Part shown: piece by piece, positions 10,898-21,190 of the stretch
Layout: each line of letters begins with the position of its first letter
Position numbering within the stretch: position 1 is the first letter of the stretch
Assembly: GCA_026936335.1 (NCBI GenBank)
Contig: JAPMXV010000050.1
Span: 210,102-274,101, forward strand
Source: Mantamonas sphyraenae STR306
Taxonomy: Eukaryota > Protista > CRuMs
Length of the DNA: 64,000 nucleotides
Reading direction: 5' to 3'
The notes under the pieces: model-generated
Seen by the model: only the letters and a program-made list of their open reading frames with translations
The model's database searches: none
Told to the model about the DNA's origin: nothing
Program-made: the position numbers and the translations under genes

Positions 10898-12157
10898 TCA
10901 TTCGCGCGCACTCTCTGATGATTCCCTCTGCTGTGCTCTTTGGCTGTTGTACGCCTCAATCTCCTCGTCGCTGACGTCAAGTGGCCTTGTGGCAAAGGTG
11001 AGGTAACTTGTGTGCCCTCGTTGGTCTGAGAACTCTCGTGTGCTCACTGTGGCCCGTGTGCCATTCTTGCTCCTCAGTGCCTCCACGCGTGCCCGGTACG
11101 CCGCCTTTTTGGCCTGTTTCCTCTCCCTTCGCTGCCGTTTGATGTCCTGTCGTGTCTGTTCGTCGTCCTCCGCTGCGTTTTCGCTTCGTTCACGCTTGCC
11201 ACTGGCATTGATTGTGTCGTTGGTGCCGTCGTCGTTGCTGTCACGGTTCTTGCTTGTGTTGGCGGTGGATGTGTTGTTTGTGCGCGAACCACTGTGGCTG
11301 GGTTCGTCGTCGTCGTCGTCGTCGTCGTCGTCCTCCGCCTTGTCTGCGTCACCAAACCAGGGCACGACCATCTCACGCATCTTGACCTCGACAGGCAGTT
11401 CCAAACACTCGATGGTGTGCACATCCATGAATCCCAGGTCCCGCAGTTTGTTTGCGGTGCGCTGGACTTGTTCGATGCAAGGGCTGAAGCAGCAGATCTT
11501 CCCGCCCTCCCGCAGGGCGTTGCGAGCGTTCTCCGCAGCCAACCACGGGGCGGGCAGGTCGAGAAACACGGCGTCGACCTTTTCCACCACATCGCCCGAC
11601 GCCAGGGCGAAGCCTTGTGCGCAGACGTCGCGGTGAGTGACGGTGACCAAAGTGTCGGGCAACCCGAGCTGGGCAAACTCCTCGGCAGCCTTGGTGGCAC
11701 GTGTTTCGTTGAACTCAAAGGTGTACAAATGACCCGAGGGGTGGACGGCACGTGCAAAGCAGGTGGACAGCGAGCCTGTGCCTGTGCCAGCCTCGACGAC
11801 GCATGCGCCTGGGGCAAGCCCCAACTTTAACGTGATGACACCCTTGTCAATGTTGTACACCACCTGTGTGCGATGGGTCAACGCTTTGGTCCACAGCTCG
11901 CTGCTCGGGTGCAGAAGCATCACAAAACCCGCTGTGCCCAGGAATTTGCTGCCGAACGGATGGCCCACCCACTCGTCGTGCGGGAACAGGCCGTACGTGT
12001 TGTGATACTGGCCCCCCTTTTCCACCCACACCGGTTTATACGATTTGGGTCCGTCGCACACAATCACAAGGTCCCCGTAGTCGATTGTGTCCTTGACATG
12101 CACCAACGAGTTGCGACTCGCGCTGCTGCTGCTGCTGCTGCTGCTCCCTTTCGACAT
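10898..12157 (-). CDS. TRMT61A: tRNA m1A58 methyltransferase catalytic subunit (GCD14/TRM61)
   Basis: Motifs LLHPSSELWTKALTHRTQVVY, VEAGTGTGSLS, DAVFLDLPAPW, CFSPCIEQV and GHTSYLTFA. Confidence 0.93.
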   Translation of the reverse strand: MSKGSSSSSSSSASRNSLVHVKDTIDYGDLVIVCDGPKSYKPVWVEKGGQYHNTYGLFPHDEWVGHPFGSKFLGTAGFVMLLHPSSELWTKALTHRTQVVYNIDKGVITLKLGLAPGACVVEAGTGTGSLSTCFARAVHPSGHLYTFEFNETRATKAAEEFAQLGLPDTLVTVTHRDVCAQGFALASGDVVEKVDAVFLDLPAPWLAAENARNALREGGKICCFSPCIEQVQRTANKLRDLGFMDVHTIECLELPVEVKMREMVVPWFGDADKAEDDDDDDDDDEPSHSGSRTNNTSTANTSKNRDSNDDGTNDTINASGKRERSENAAEDDEQTRQDIKRQRRERKQAKKAAYRARVEALRSKNGTRATVSTREFSDQRGHTSYLTFATRPLDVSDEEIEAYNSQRAQQRESSESARE

Positions 12158-12256
12158 CCCCGCAAATGAGTTGGCTGCAGGAGGGGGAAAATGAAATCCA
12201 TTGTGTGGATTGTGCATGTGCATGTGCATGTGTGTGTGTGTGTATGTGTGTGTGTC

Positions 12257-13191
12257 TCAGCATGAGCAGCTGTCGTCGTCGTCGTTCCAGCCTTTCTCCT
12301 TGCCGCCGATCTCGACGAGGCCCCTGTCTTCTTCGGCACCCTTCTTGCTGGTTTTGTCGCGGCGTTCGGTGAACCAAAACGAGCAGGCGTGCTGGAAGAT
12401 GGACGACACAGCCGCAAAGGGATCCTTCTCCTCTATGTCGCCCTCCTCGTACTTGGACGACGTCTCGAAGTACTTGCCGCCAATCGAGCGAGCGTACAAC
12501 TGCCCTTCCTGGCTGCTTACCTGGCGTGGTGCTCGCTTGCGGTGCACCAGGTCAATCTTGGTGCCGACAACCACAGGCACAAAGCTGTTCCCACTGTTCA
12601 CCGCACGTGTGGCCTCCAGGTAGGTTTCCAGTTGCTCGAAAGAGTCGCGATCGGTCAAGTCTGTCCTCGGGAACACAAGCAAACCACCCCCCCCCGCGCA
12701 AAGGGTGTCAGTCGCATGCGGCGTGAGAGCGAAGCGTTGAGGTGGGCGGCGGTGCAACAACGTACCAAAAACCAGCAGAGCAATGGATGCGTTGCGGTAG
12801 TACATGCGGGACAGCGACTTGAACGACTCCTGGCCAGCCGTGTCCCAGATACCAATCACCAATCTCTCGTTCTCGGGCGACCTCCACTTGCGGCTCATGT
12901 ACGCCGCACCCACAGTCTGCACAGCCGCCATGTGTGCAAGCGAGGCGAGCGGAACGCGCCCTTGCAGGTGTCAGTCGAGCGTGTGTGGGCTTGGTAAAAG
13001 GGCAGCGTGGGCCGGAATGGCAGCGCGTGCACACGCGTCGCAGCGGAACCCACCGATTGCGGAGAGTCGCCAAATTGGTTATACATGAGTCTGGTGAGAA
13101 AGGTGGTTTTGCCCACGGATGACTTGCCCACCACGATCATCTTGGCGTCAATGCGGTCGACTCCCGCCGGGCCGGGGCTTGTGGAGGACAT
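12257..13191 (-). CDS. Rab GTPase, Rab24-like; 3 exons (13191-13054, 12916-12766, 12660-12257)
   Basis: G1 GKSSVGKT, G2 STVGAAY, G3 GIWDTAGQE, G4 GTKID, G5 FETSSK; C-terminal CSC prenylation motif. Confidence 0.85.
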
Positions 13192-13358
13192 GGACGCTGG
13201 ACAGGGGATAGGCAGAACGCAAAGTGGGTCAGCACGGGTGCATAGGGTGTGTATGGAGCCAGCACGGCTGATAGTGAGCACAAAAAGTGCATACGTACGG
13301 CGAGGGGTGGCTGGTTGTGTGGGTGTGCGCGGACGCCGCCAACTTGAACCGAGCAGCG

Positions 13359-14608
13359 ATGGTGAGTGGCACACGACAGGGAGAGGGGGGGGAGCAGAAA
13401 ACAGGAACAGGGGGAATCTGACATTGGCATTGGCACCGTCCTTGGCACACAGTTTGGGTACGACCTGGGTTGGCTGGACACCATTCTGACGGGTGTGCTG
13501 GGCTTGCTGGTTACATTTGCGGTTGTACTGTACACCCTTCAGGACAAACTGCTGTATTATCCGCAGTTGCCCGAGGGATCACGCAGTACGTAGCAGGGAG
13601 AGGAAGGGGACGAGGAGGAGAGATGGCTGACGCACGCGCTCCCTTTCTGCACGCACTGGTGTCGCAGCAAGCTTTGCGTTTACACCCGACCATTGGGGCA
13701 TTGAGTACGACGACGTGATGATTGAGTGCAGCGACAAGGTGAAGATCCATGCGTGGCTGTTGAAGCAGCCAGCGCACAGGTTGTCGCTGGCACCCACGGT
13801 GCTCTACTTCCACGGAAACGCAGGCAGTACGTTGCGCGCGAGGGAGAGCAGGGAGAACAGCGTGTGAGGTGAAGAAAGGGAGAAAAGGGCAAGGGGCACA
13901 CGGTGACGCTGTTGTATCGCCTCTGTGGGGGCACATGGCTGACACACTCGCGCTCCAAAAACGAGAGCAGACATTGGACACCGGATGCACAACGCAGGCA
14001 CGATGCATGCGCTGGGGTTGAATGTGCTCATGGTCGAGTATCGTGGCTATGGCAAGTCTGAGGGCACAGTGAGCGAAGAAGGCATCAAGATGGACGGCGA
14101 GGCGGCGCTGGACTACGTGCTGGGGCGGGAGGATCTGAACCGGGACGCGTTGATCCTGTTTGGTCGCTCACTGGGCGGGGCTGTGGCTGTGCATGTGGCA
14201 AACAAGCGACAAGACCAGATCAAGGCGTTGATTGTGGAAAACACTTTCCTGGGCATTGACGACCTGATCGACGTGCTGTTTCCGCTGTTGACGCCGTTCA
14301 AGTTCCTCAGCCGCAACAAACTGGCCAGCAAGGAGCTGATGGGCAGCCTGAGTCTGCCTGTGCTCTTTCTTTCTGGACGCAAGGATGAACTGGTGCCGCC
14401 TGCCCACATGGACAAGCTGTATTCGCTGGCCACAAAGTCAAGCGACAAGGTCATGCACATGTTCTCGCAGGGGACACACAACATGACCCCCAACGAGCCT
14501 CACTACTATCTCCACCTGTACAACTTTCTCACCTCTCTCTTTGTCAAGAACCAACTCATGCTGGACAAGAGCCAGATCCCCCAGCGGCTGGTGGGAAAGC
14601 TGCGGTGA
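13359..14608 (+). CDS. ABHD13: Alpha/beta hydrolase ABHD13/BEM46; 4 exons, ATG-only first exon
   Basis: N-terminal TM then QDKLLYYP; YFHGNAGNIGHR; EYRGYGKSEG; nucleophile FGRSLGGAVA; DELVPP; GTHN. Confidence 0.9.
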
Positions 14609-14797
14609 GCTTCGGTGGGAGCATCGGAGTGTGTGTGTGTGTGTGTGTATGGGGATGAATGTTGGCAATGGATGGATGTTTGATGTTTGCGGTGTTCTCC
14701 GATGTGGAGAGGTGGGAAAACGACTTTGGCGCGTTTGCACTGCGCTGCCGCTGCCATCTCAAAGCCATTTTCATCAACGTCAAGCCACAGCCCCGCG

Positions 14798-16560
14798 ATG
14801 TCAGATCGATTGCACACGTTTGGACAACATCAAGACGACCCGTACAGTGGGTCGGAGAGTGAAAGCAGCACGAGCAGCGTGAAACGAACGCGCAAACCGC
14901 GACGTTACCAGGGGGAGGTGCCGCTGAGTGAGTTTTCCCGTTCAGGTGTGCACATCACTACAACGAGTGGGAGTGCACCGTGTCTAGGGTCACAGATGGG
15001 CGTGGGGACGGACATTGGAGGGCGGGAGGGGCGACGGTGCTTTTCTGCGAATTTCTGGTTTTCGGGTTTTGGCAAAGCGCGCAAACACAGCAGATCCCAC
15101 GGGGAGAGGCAGAAGGGACAGCGAGCTGACACGCAGCACGGGTGGGAAACAGACGCCAACAAGGAACGACGACTGCACAATGTGGGCCGCAAGGGCAGCC
15201 GACGCCACAAGCGTTGGGCAAACTCCCACTTTTATCTGAACTCGCTGCACAGCGGGTCTGTGGACGCCAAGGGTCAGCATCTCAAGTCGAGCACAGCCAC
15301 ACGGCTGGAGTTGAGTATGTTGAACTGGTACAGCGACCAGCTGGGCACGAACAACACCAAGCGGGAGTTTGCTCGGCTGTACGAAGAGCGCAACCTGGCG
15401 TTTTTCGATCCGCTGCGCAGCGTCGACGTCGACGTGCACGAAAAGGTGCGTTGTGGAGAGTGGACGTGTGGCGGATGAGGCTGTGGTGAGCTGTGCTGAC
15501 GCATGGCCATCGGCACATGGCTGCCGCCCCGATGACCCAGATGATGCAATTCCTTCAGGAGTGCCTGGACGAGGGGAAGCCACGACGCGGCAAAGGCAGC
15601 TCGAGTGAGGAGGGTAGCGACAGTGATAGTGACTGGAGCGATGACCAAGAGACGGAACAATCGGAGGAGCAGAAGGCGGATCAGCACGGGAGCAGCGTGG
15701 GAAGCAGCATCGGAAGCAGCAGCAGCAGCAGCAACAGCGGCAGCAGCATGCTCGGAAGCACCAGTTCCTTTGACATGGAAGAAGGCGTGGAGGTGGTCGA
15801 ACTGGACAGTGACTACACCGAATCGGAGTGGGAGTCTGAAACCGACCAAGGCTTCACAAGCAGCGCGAGCACAGGCAAGGCGCATGCGTCCGGTGCGTCG
15901 TCGATGACAGAGGAGGAGCGTGTGGCGGCGCGTGCAGCGGCACGGCGCAGGCGTCGACGACGCAAGCGGTACGTGCCCAAGATGGCGCCGAGCACTGTAC
16001 GCTTGCTGGAACGCGTGGTGCACCACGATTTTGTGACCAGCATCGACGAGGCAGTGTATGGCTTTGTGCAGGAAAACAGGCAACACCCGGCCAAGAAGAA
16101 GGGGTATGTGAACGTGGATTGCGAGCCGCTGGTGCTTGATCTTCCGATCTCCTTCCACCGCCTGGTGGCTCACCACATCGCCGACTACTACGGCCTGGAG
16201 AGCGAGAGCTTTTGGACATTGGACGACCAGCGCATGATGCGTGTGTCGTTTCCAGCCAAGTATCACCGTCGTCGCATTCCTGCGTCGCGGCTGAAGGACT
16301 ATGTGGTGCTGCAGTTGGACAGCATGGCACTGGCAAAGCGTACAGCCTCGGGCGGCAAAGGCAGCCCGGAGCCTCAGGGCAAGGATGGATCACCATCGAG
16401 GACCCCAGGCACAGCCACAAGTGGCAGCGAGTTGTCGGACAGCTCAAACCGCTCGTCGCGCAGTCGCAACATCCGTGCGCGTCTCAAGAAGGAGCGCAAG
16501 GCCAAGCGACGCATCAAGGCCAACCAGAACACCATTGATGGCATCCCCGTGTGGGAGTAG
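14798..16560 (+). CDS. R3H domain-containing protein (R3HDM4-like), 2 exons (14798-15445, 15541-16560)
   Basis: R3H-associated motif GSRRHKRWAN and R3H core SFHRLVAHHIADYYGLESES; GT-AG intron 15446-15540. Confidence 0.75.
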
Positions 16561-16620
16561 CAAAGGGTTTGTGCGGTGGTCATCGCAACAGAACAAAACA
16601 CGGTGCACACACTCTCTTCG

Positions 16621-17504
16621 ATGCGAGCTCGGACGTGGCAGACGCTTGCGTTGGGATGCAGCGTGGCAGTGGTAGTGTGTTGCATGCTTGCGGGCGTGCA
16701 GGCGGAGCAGGAGAGCGAGTTTGAGTCGCTGAAACGCTCGGCCATGGTCTTTTACGACCGCAAGGACTACAACTCGGCCACCAAGCTGCTTTCACAGGCC
16801 CTGGACAAAGATCCAGACGACACAGAGACGCTGACGCTGTTTTGCGACTCGCTGCGCGGTCAGGGTAGGTTGGAAGGGCGCGGGTGAGGCGTGCGCACGT
16901 TTCCACGTGGCGATTCCGGACACGAGACTGACGGACGCCGTCTGCGCGCACGAGGACAGGGCGCACGGCCAACGCGGCATGCCAGTGCAAAAAGGCCTTG
17001 CAGGAGACAAAGGATTATCTGAAGGCATACGTGGTGCTGGGCCACACGTACCATGACCAGGGAAAAACGCTGTGGGCCAAGGGAACGCTGGACCAGGCAA
17101 TGCGGCAGGCACCTGTGCAGGCCCGTCGCATGATGAAGGAGCGAGGCCTGGAAATGTACTTTCCAGAAAGGTTTGTGGCGCCTGATCCGGCGACGCAGCC
17201 GAAGCGCAAGGAGAAGTTCCGCGAGGACCGCATCAGGGAGATTAAGCAAGCAAACGAAGACAAGCAGCGACGGGAGGAGGAGCGGGTGCGCCAGCAGAAG
17301 GAAGCGGAGCGGGAGGAGCGGCTGAACAAGATCCGAGAGATGGAGAAGGAGCAGTACCAAAACTCGGGGGCGTTTACGTATGGCCAAGGCGCAGCCGACC
17401 AGAGTGGAGGCGCCTCGGGGGCATTTGGCGCACACCCGCACGACATCAACCAGTTTGCCAGCACCGAGGGTATTGCACAGCACCAGCAGGCCGGGTCGCA
17501 TTGA
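16621..17504 (+). CDS. Signal-peptide TPR protein with C-terminal coiled coil, 2 exons
   Basis: Hydrophobic leader ending VQA; TPR-like FYDRKDYNSATKLLSQALDKDPDD and KAYVVLGHTYHDQG; intron about 16865-16985 (boundaries uncertain). Confidence 0.65.
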
Positions 17505-17521
17505 GAGCAAAATGCCCCACT

Positions 17522-19393
17522 TCACCAGTTCTCCTTGAGCCAGTCTCGCCAGTTCTTGCCTGCCTTTGTGTTGCCATCGGGCGCAGCGTCGCTGTCGAGG
17601 TTGCCTTGCTGGTCAACCGAGGCACGCACAGGCCTGCCCTTGCGTGTGGGACGCGTGTGTGCGCTCGCCATGCGTTCGTCTCGTGTTTGCTTCTGCTCGC
17701 GTGCCTCGAGCTGTTGTTCGTTGAGGGCGCTGATCTTGCGTGTGTGTGTCTTTGCACTTGTGCTGGGACTTGCAGCCACGCTCTTGTCTGCACGCACTGT
17801 CTGCATGCCGCCCATTCCGGTGATAATCACGCTGACGCGCACCCTTCCGTCCAGGGTGGAGTCGAAGCTGCTGCCAAAGATGATGTTTGCATCCGGATGC
17901 ACCTGCTCACCCACAAAGTTGCTCACTTCGTTGATTTCAAACAAAGTCAGGTCGTTGCCGCCGCTGACGGAGATGAGCACCCCTCGCGCATCCTCCACGT
18001 CCACGTTGGCCAGCAGCGGGTTCTTGAGTGCCGCTTTGGCTGCATCCAGGGCCCGTGTGTCGCCTCCTGCCTCGGCTGTGCCCATGAGGGCCTTGCCGGC
18101 GTCCTTCATCACCGTTTTGACGTCGGCAAAGTCTAGGTTGATGAGACCCGGCTGGATGATGAGGTCTGTGACGCCCTTGACGCCTCTGTACAACACGTCA
18201 TCGGCCATGCGAAAGGCATCGGCAAACGTGGTCTGCTTGCTGGCCATGCGCAGCAAATTTTGGTTGGGAATGACAATCATGGTGTCCACGACGCGCTCCA
18301 GCTCAATCATCCCCTGGTCCGCAAGGCGTTGGCGCTGTTTGCCCTCAAACCCAAAGGGTTGTGTGACCACGGCCACGGTGAGCATGCCTGCCTTTTTGGT
18401 GTGTTCGGCAATGACCGGAGCGGCGCCTGTTCCGGTGCCTCCACCCATGCCAGCTGTGATGAACACCATGTTGGAGCCCTGAATGTGTTGCATCACCTCT
18501 TGGATGCCCTCTTGGGCAGCCTCGCGTCCCACGTGTGGTTGTGCGCCTGCGCCGAGCCCCTGGGTTACGGTGGCGCCAAGTTGCACGCGCTTCTCGCTCA
18601 GCGAGTCACCCAGTGCCTGTGCGTCTGTGTTGGCCACCACAAACTCCACGCCAGCCAGCTGCGAGGCAATCATGTTGTTGACTGCGTTTCCGCCAGCGCC
18701 GCCGACGCCGATGACGCTGATCAGCGGGGTGGTGGCGAAATCTGAGCGGGAAAACACGCGAGACGGTGTTAGCGAGCGAATGCCAAAACGTATGCCATGG
18801 ACACAGTGCACAGGGGGTCACTCACTAAACACTTCACTCTTGGTGCGCTTTGTCTGCGTCCTGGTCTGCTGTTCGTGGGCCGGGGCCTGTTGTTCGGCAG
18901 CTTGGGTCGTGCGCGGACGACGCGGTTTCACGGGCGGCTTGCCTTGCATGCGCTTGTTGCGTGCCTCGAGGATTTCTGCACGCGACCGACGTCTCTGCTT
19001 GAGCATCTGGTCGACCTGGTCAGCGTCGTCCTGGTCGCTGCGTGCACAGGGCGTGGTGAACACGGGCCGGTGCGTGGAGGCGAGCACCGAAGCTGGATTT
19101 TGGCGGGAAGAGGCCGAGGGGACGATGTTAGTGGACGATGCAGATGATGCATAGCATGGAAGGATGTGTGTGTGTGCGTGTATGTTTGGCGAGAGGAAGT
19201 GCGGGGTGTGTTTGAGTGCACGTACCTTGCGGCATGCGTGTACGACGAGCAGCAGCACGAGCAAACTGGCAGGGTTGGGAATCCGTGTGTCAGCGCGAGG
19301 ATGGATGAGAAGGAAAGCGGCGGGGAAGGAGGATGGACCCAAGCGGTGGATGATGGTGGAGGGTGGTGGTGGAGGGTGATGGTGGGGTACCAT
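17522..19393 (-). CDS. ftsZ: Mitochondrial FtsZ; 4 exons (19393-19391, 19265-19226, 19092-18826, 18741-17522)
   Basis: [23 protein letters not shown], tubulin signature [23 protein letters not shown]; spliced N-terminus [23 protein letters not shown] is a typical mitochondrial presequence. Confidence 0.93.
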
Positions 19394-19461
19394 TGGAGAT
19401 TGGGATGGGTGCGCTGGCGCGGGAAAGTGAACCGGCGCGCACGACCTTTCCCGCCGGCGGC

Positions 19462-21136
19462 ATGTCGGAACAACAGCTGTACGAGCTACGTGCAGAGGAT
19501 GGGTCTGTGTACTACCACGATGGAACGTACTACTATGACGAAAACGGGTTTGCGTTTTACTACACGGAGCTGGGCGACGTAGTGTACGTGGACGCAGACG
19601 GGAACCCTTACTACGTGGATGCAGAAGGTCAGGCATACTACTACCGAGACCACGAAGTGCCAGCACCGATGCAGGCGCTGTCACAGGGGACGACAGACAC
19701 GTCACGGTTCGAGGTGGCGAGCAACAGCGCGATGGGCTCGGTGGAAACAAGTTCGGCAAGGATGGAACAGCAGCGCCTGAAACAGGCGGCAGCGAGCAAG
19801 AAAAGGGTGAAAGCAAACGGGGAAAAGGCGCAACAAAAGAGCAGAAGCGCACGGTCGAAGAACAATCTGAAGCAGGCGGCGTCTGCGAGCAGCAGCGGGA
19901 GCAGCGGGAGCAGCGGGAGCAGCAAGGGCGGGTCGCACCATGGAGGACGATCGAGTGGGAGCAGGGACAAGGGAAAGGGCAAGAGCAGGAGTAAGGGACA
20001 TTCGGGGAAGGGAAAGTCGGGAAGGGGCGAAGAGATTGCGTTGAAGGAGCGGAACGGGGATCTATTTATGGGCGTTTCGCCGGCGTCGCGCAAAGCTGCA
20101 AAGAAGAAGCGGTTGGAGGAGGAGATCAGCGCAGTGACGACGCCTATGGCGAAGCAGCGCAGCCACGTGCGCAGCAAGACCAAAATGCGTGCGGCAGGCG
20201 TGGGCAGTTCACACGGGATGCGAGAGCGCGAACTGGAGCGGGAGGATTCGTCGCGGATGGATCCGTCGAAGCGAGCGCGGCACAACTGGGGCAAGGCACG
20301 CGCAGCGGCCAAGCTTCTGGTGGAGGAGGTGAAAGTGACGGAGCGCATTGCTGCGTTCAAGAGCGTGCCCAAATCCTTCAAATGGGTGACGTACTTTGAA
20401 GGGGAGAAGCGGTTCGACGTGGTGACCAAGTAAGGAGAAAACGGGCCAGAAACGGATGCCCGTAGCGTGGAAGGCGCCCACACAGACAGCCACTGACACA
20501 CGCATACACACACACACGTACACAACGGACACACGTGACTGTGCACACAGGTACCCACAACCAGAGGACACGGATGACGATGTGTCTGTGCAGTACCTGG
20601 GCAACGAACCCGGTTGGGTGGACGACATCGGGCCCGTGCTCATTCGGTACGCAGGCGGGCTGGCGTTGAACGTAATCCCCGTGCGCGAGTGGTACGTGGT
20701 TCAAAAGATCCTGCCGTTTGTGGAGCTGAAGCAGCGCAAGGCGCCGCTGCTGTTGGTGCCGTCGTACGAGGTGACCGAGACGCACGAAGAGATCACCCGG
20801 TACGGAGGCGAGCAGCGAGAGGACAGCAAGTTCCAGGTGGTTCACCAAACCGTGGATATGTTTCACACCATCCGCGGCTTCAGCAAGCTGGACCGCAACG
20901 TGTCGCCCGGGGCGAAATTTCGCTGCTTTCTGGCATGGGCAAATTCAGACTGGGGCGACGACGTGGCTCACTTTAAGAAGTACCTGGGCGAAGATGACGA
21001 CGGTTTTGTCACACCACTGTTCTGGCGCATCTTTTGCTGCGAGTGTGAACCGGACTTTAACGTGGAAGACCGCGGTGTGCTGGAAAAGGTGTACGCATTG
21101 CCCATTCTGGGTCCCAAGGCGCTGCTGAAGAGATGA
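19462..21136 (+). CDS. Hypothetical protein: Tyr-rich OCRE-like N-terminus, basic disordered middle, globular C-terminus; 2 exons
   Basis: YYHDGTYYYDENGFAFYY...YYVDAEGQAYYY aromatic repeats; intron ~20430-20550 joins the two ORFs. Confidence 0.6.
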
Positions 21137-21190
21137 GGGGAACATGGGTGACTACAGTAGATGCCCATGGAATATACATTAAAAACGCCC

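Noticed and set aside
12215-12256. (TG/CA)n tracts in spacers and introns (also ~3700, 10829, 14629, 19165, 23815) as regulatory signals
   Set aside because: No consistent position or orientation relative to starts; indistinguishable from ordinary microsatellites without genome-wide statistics.
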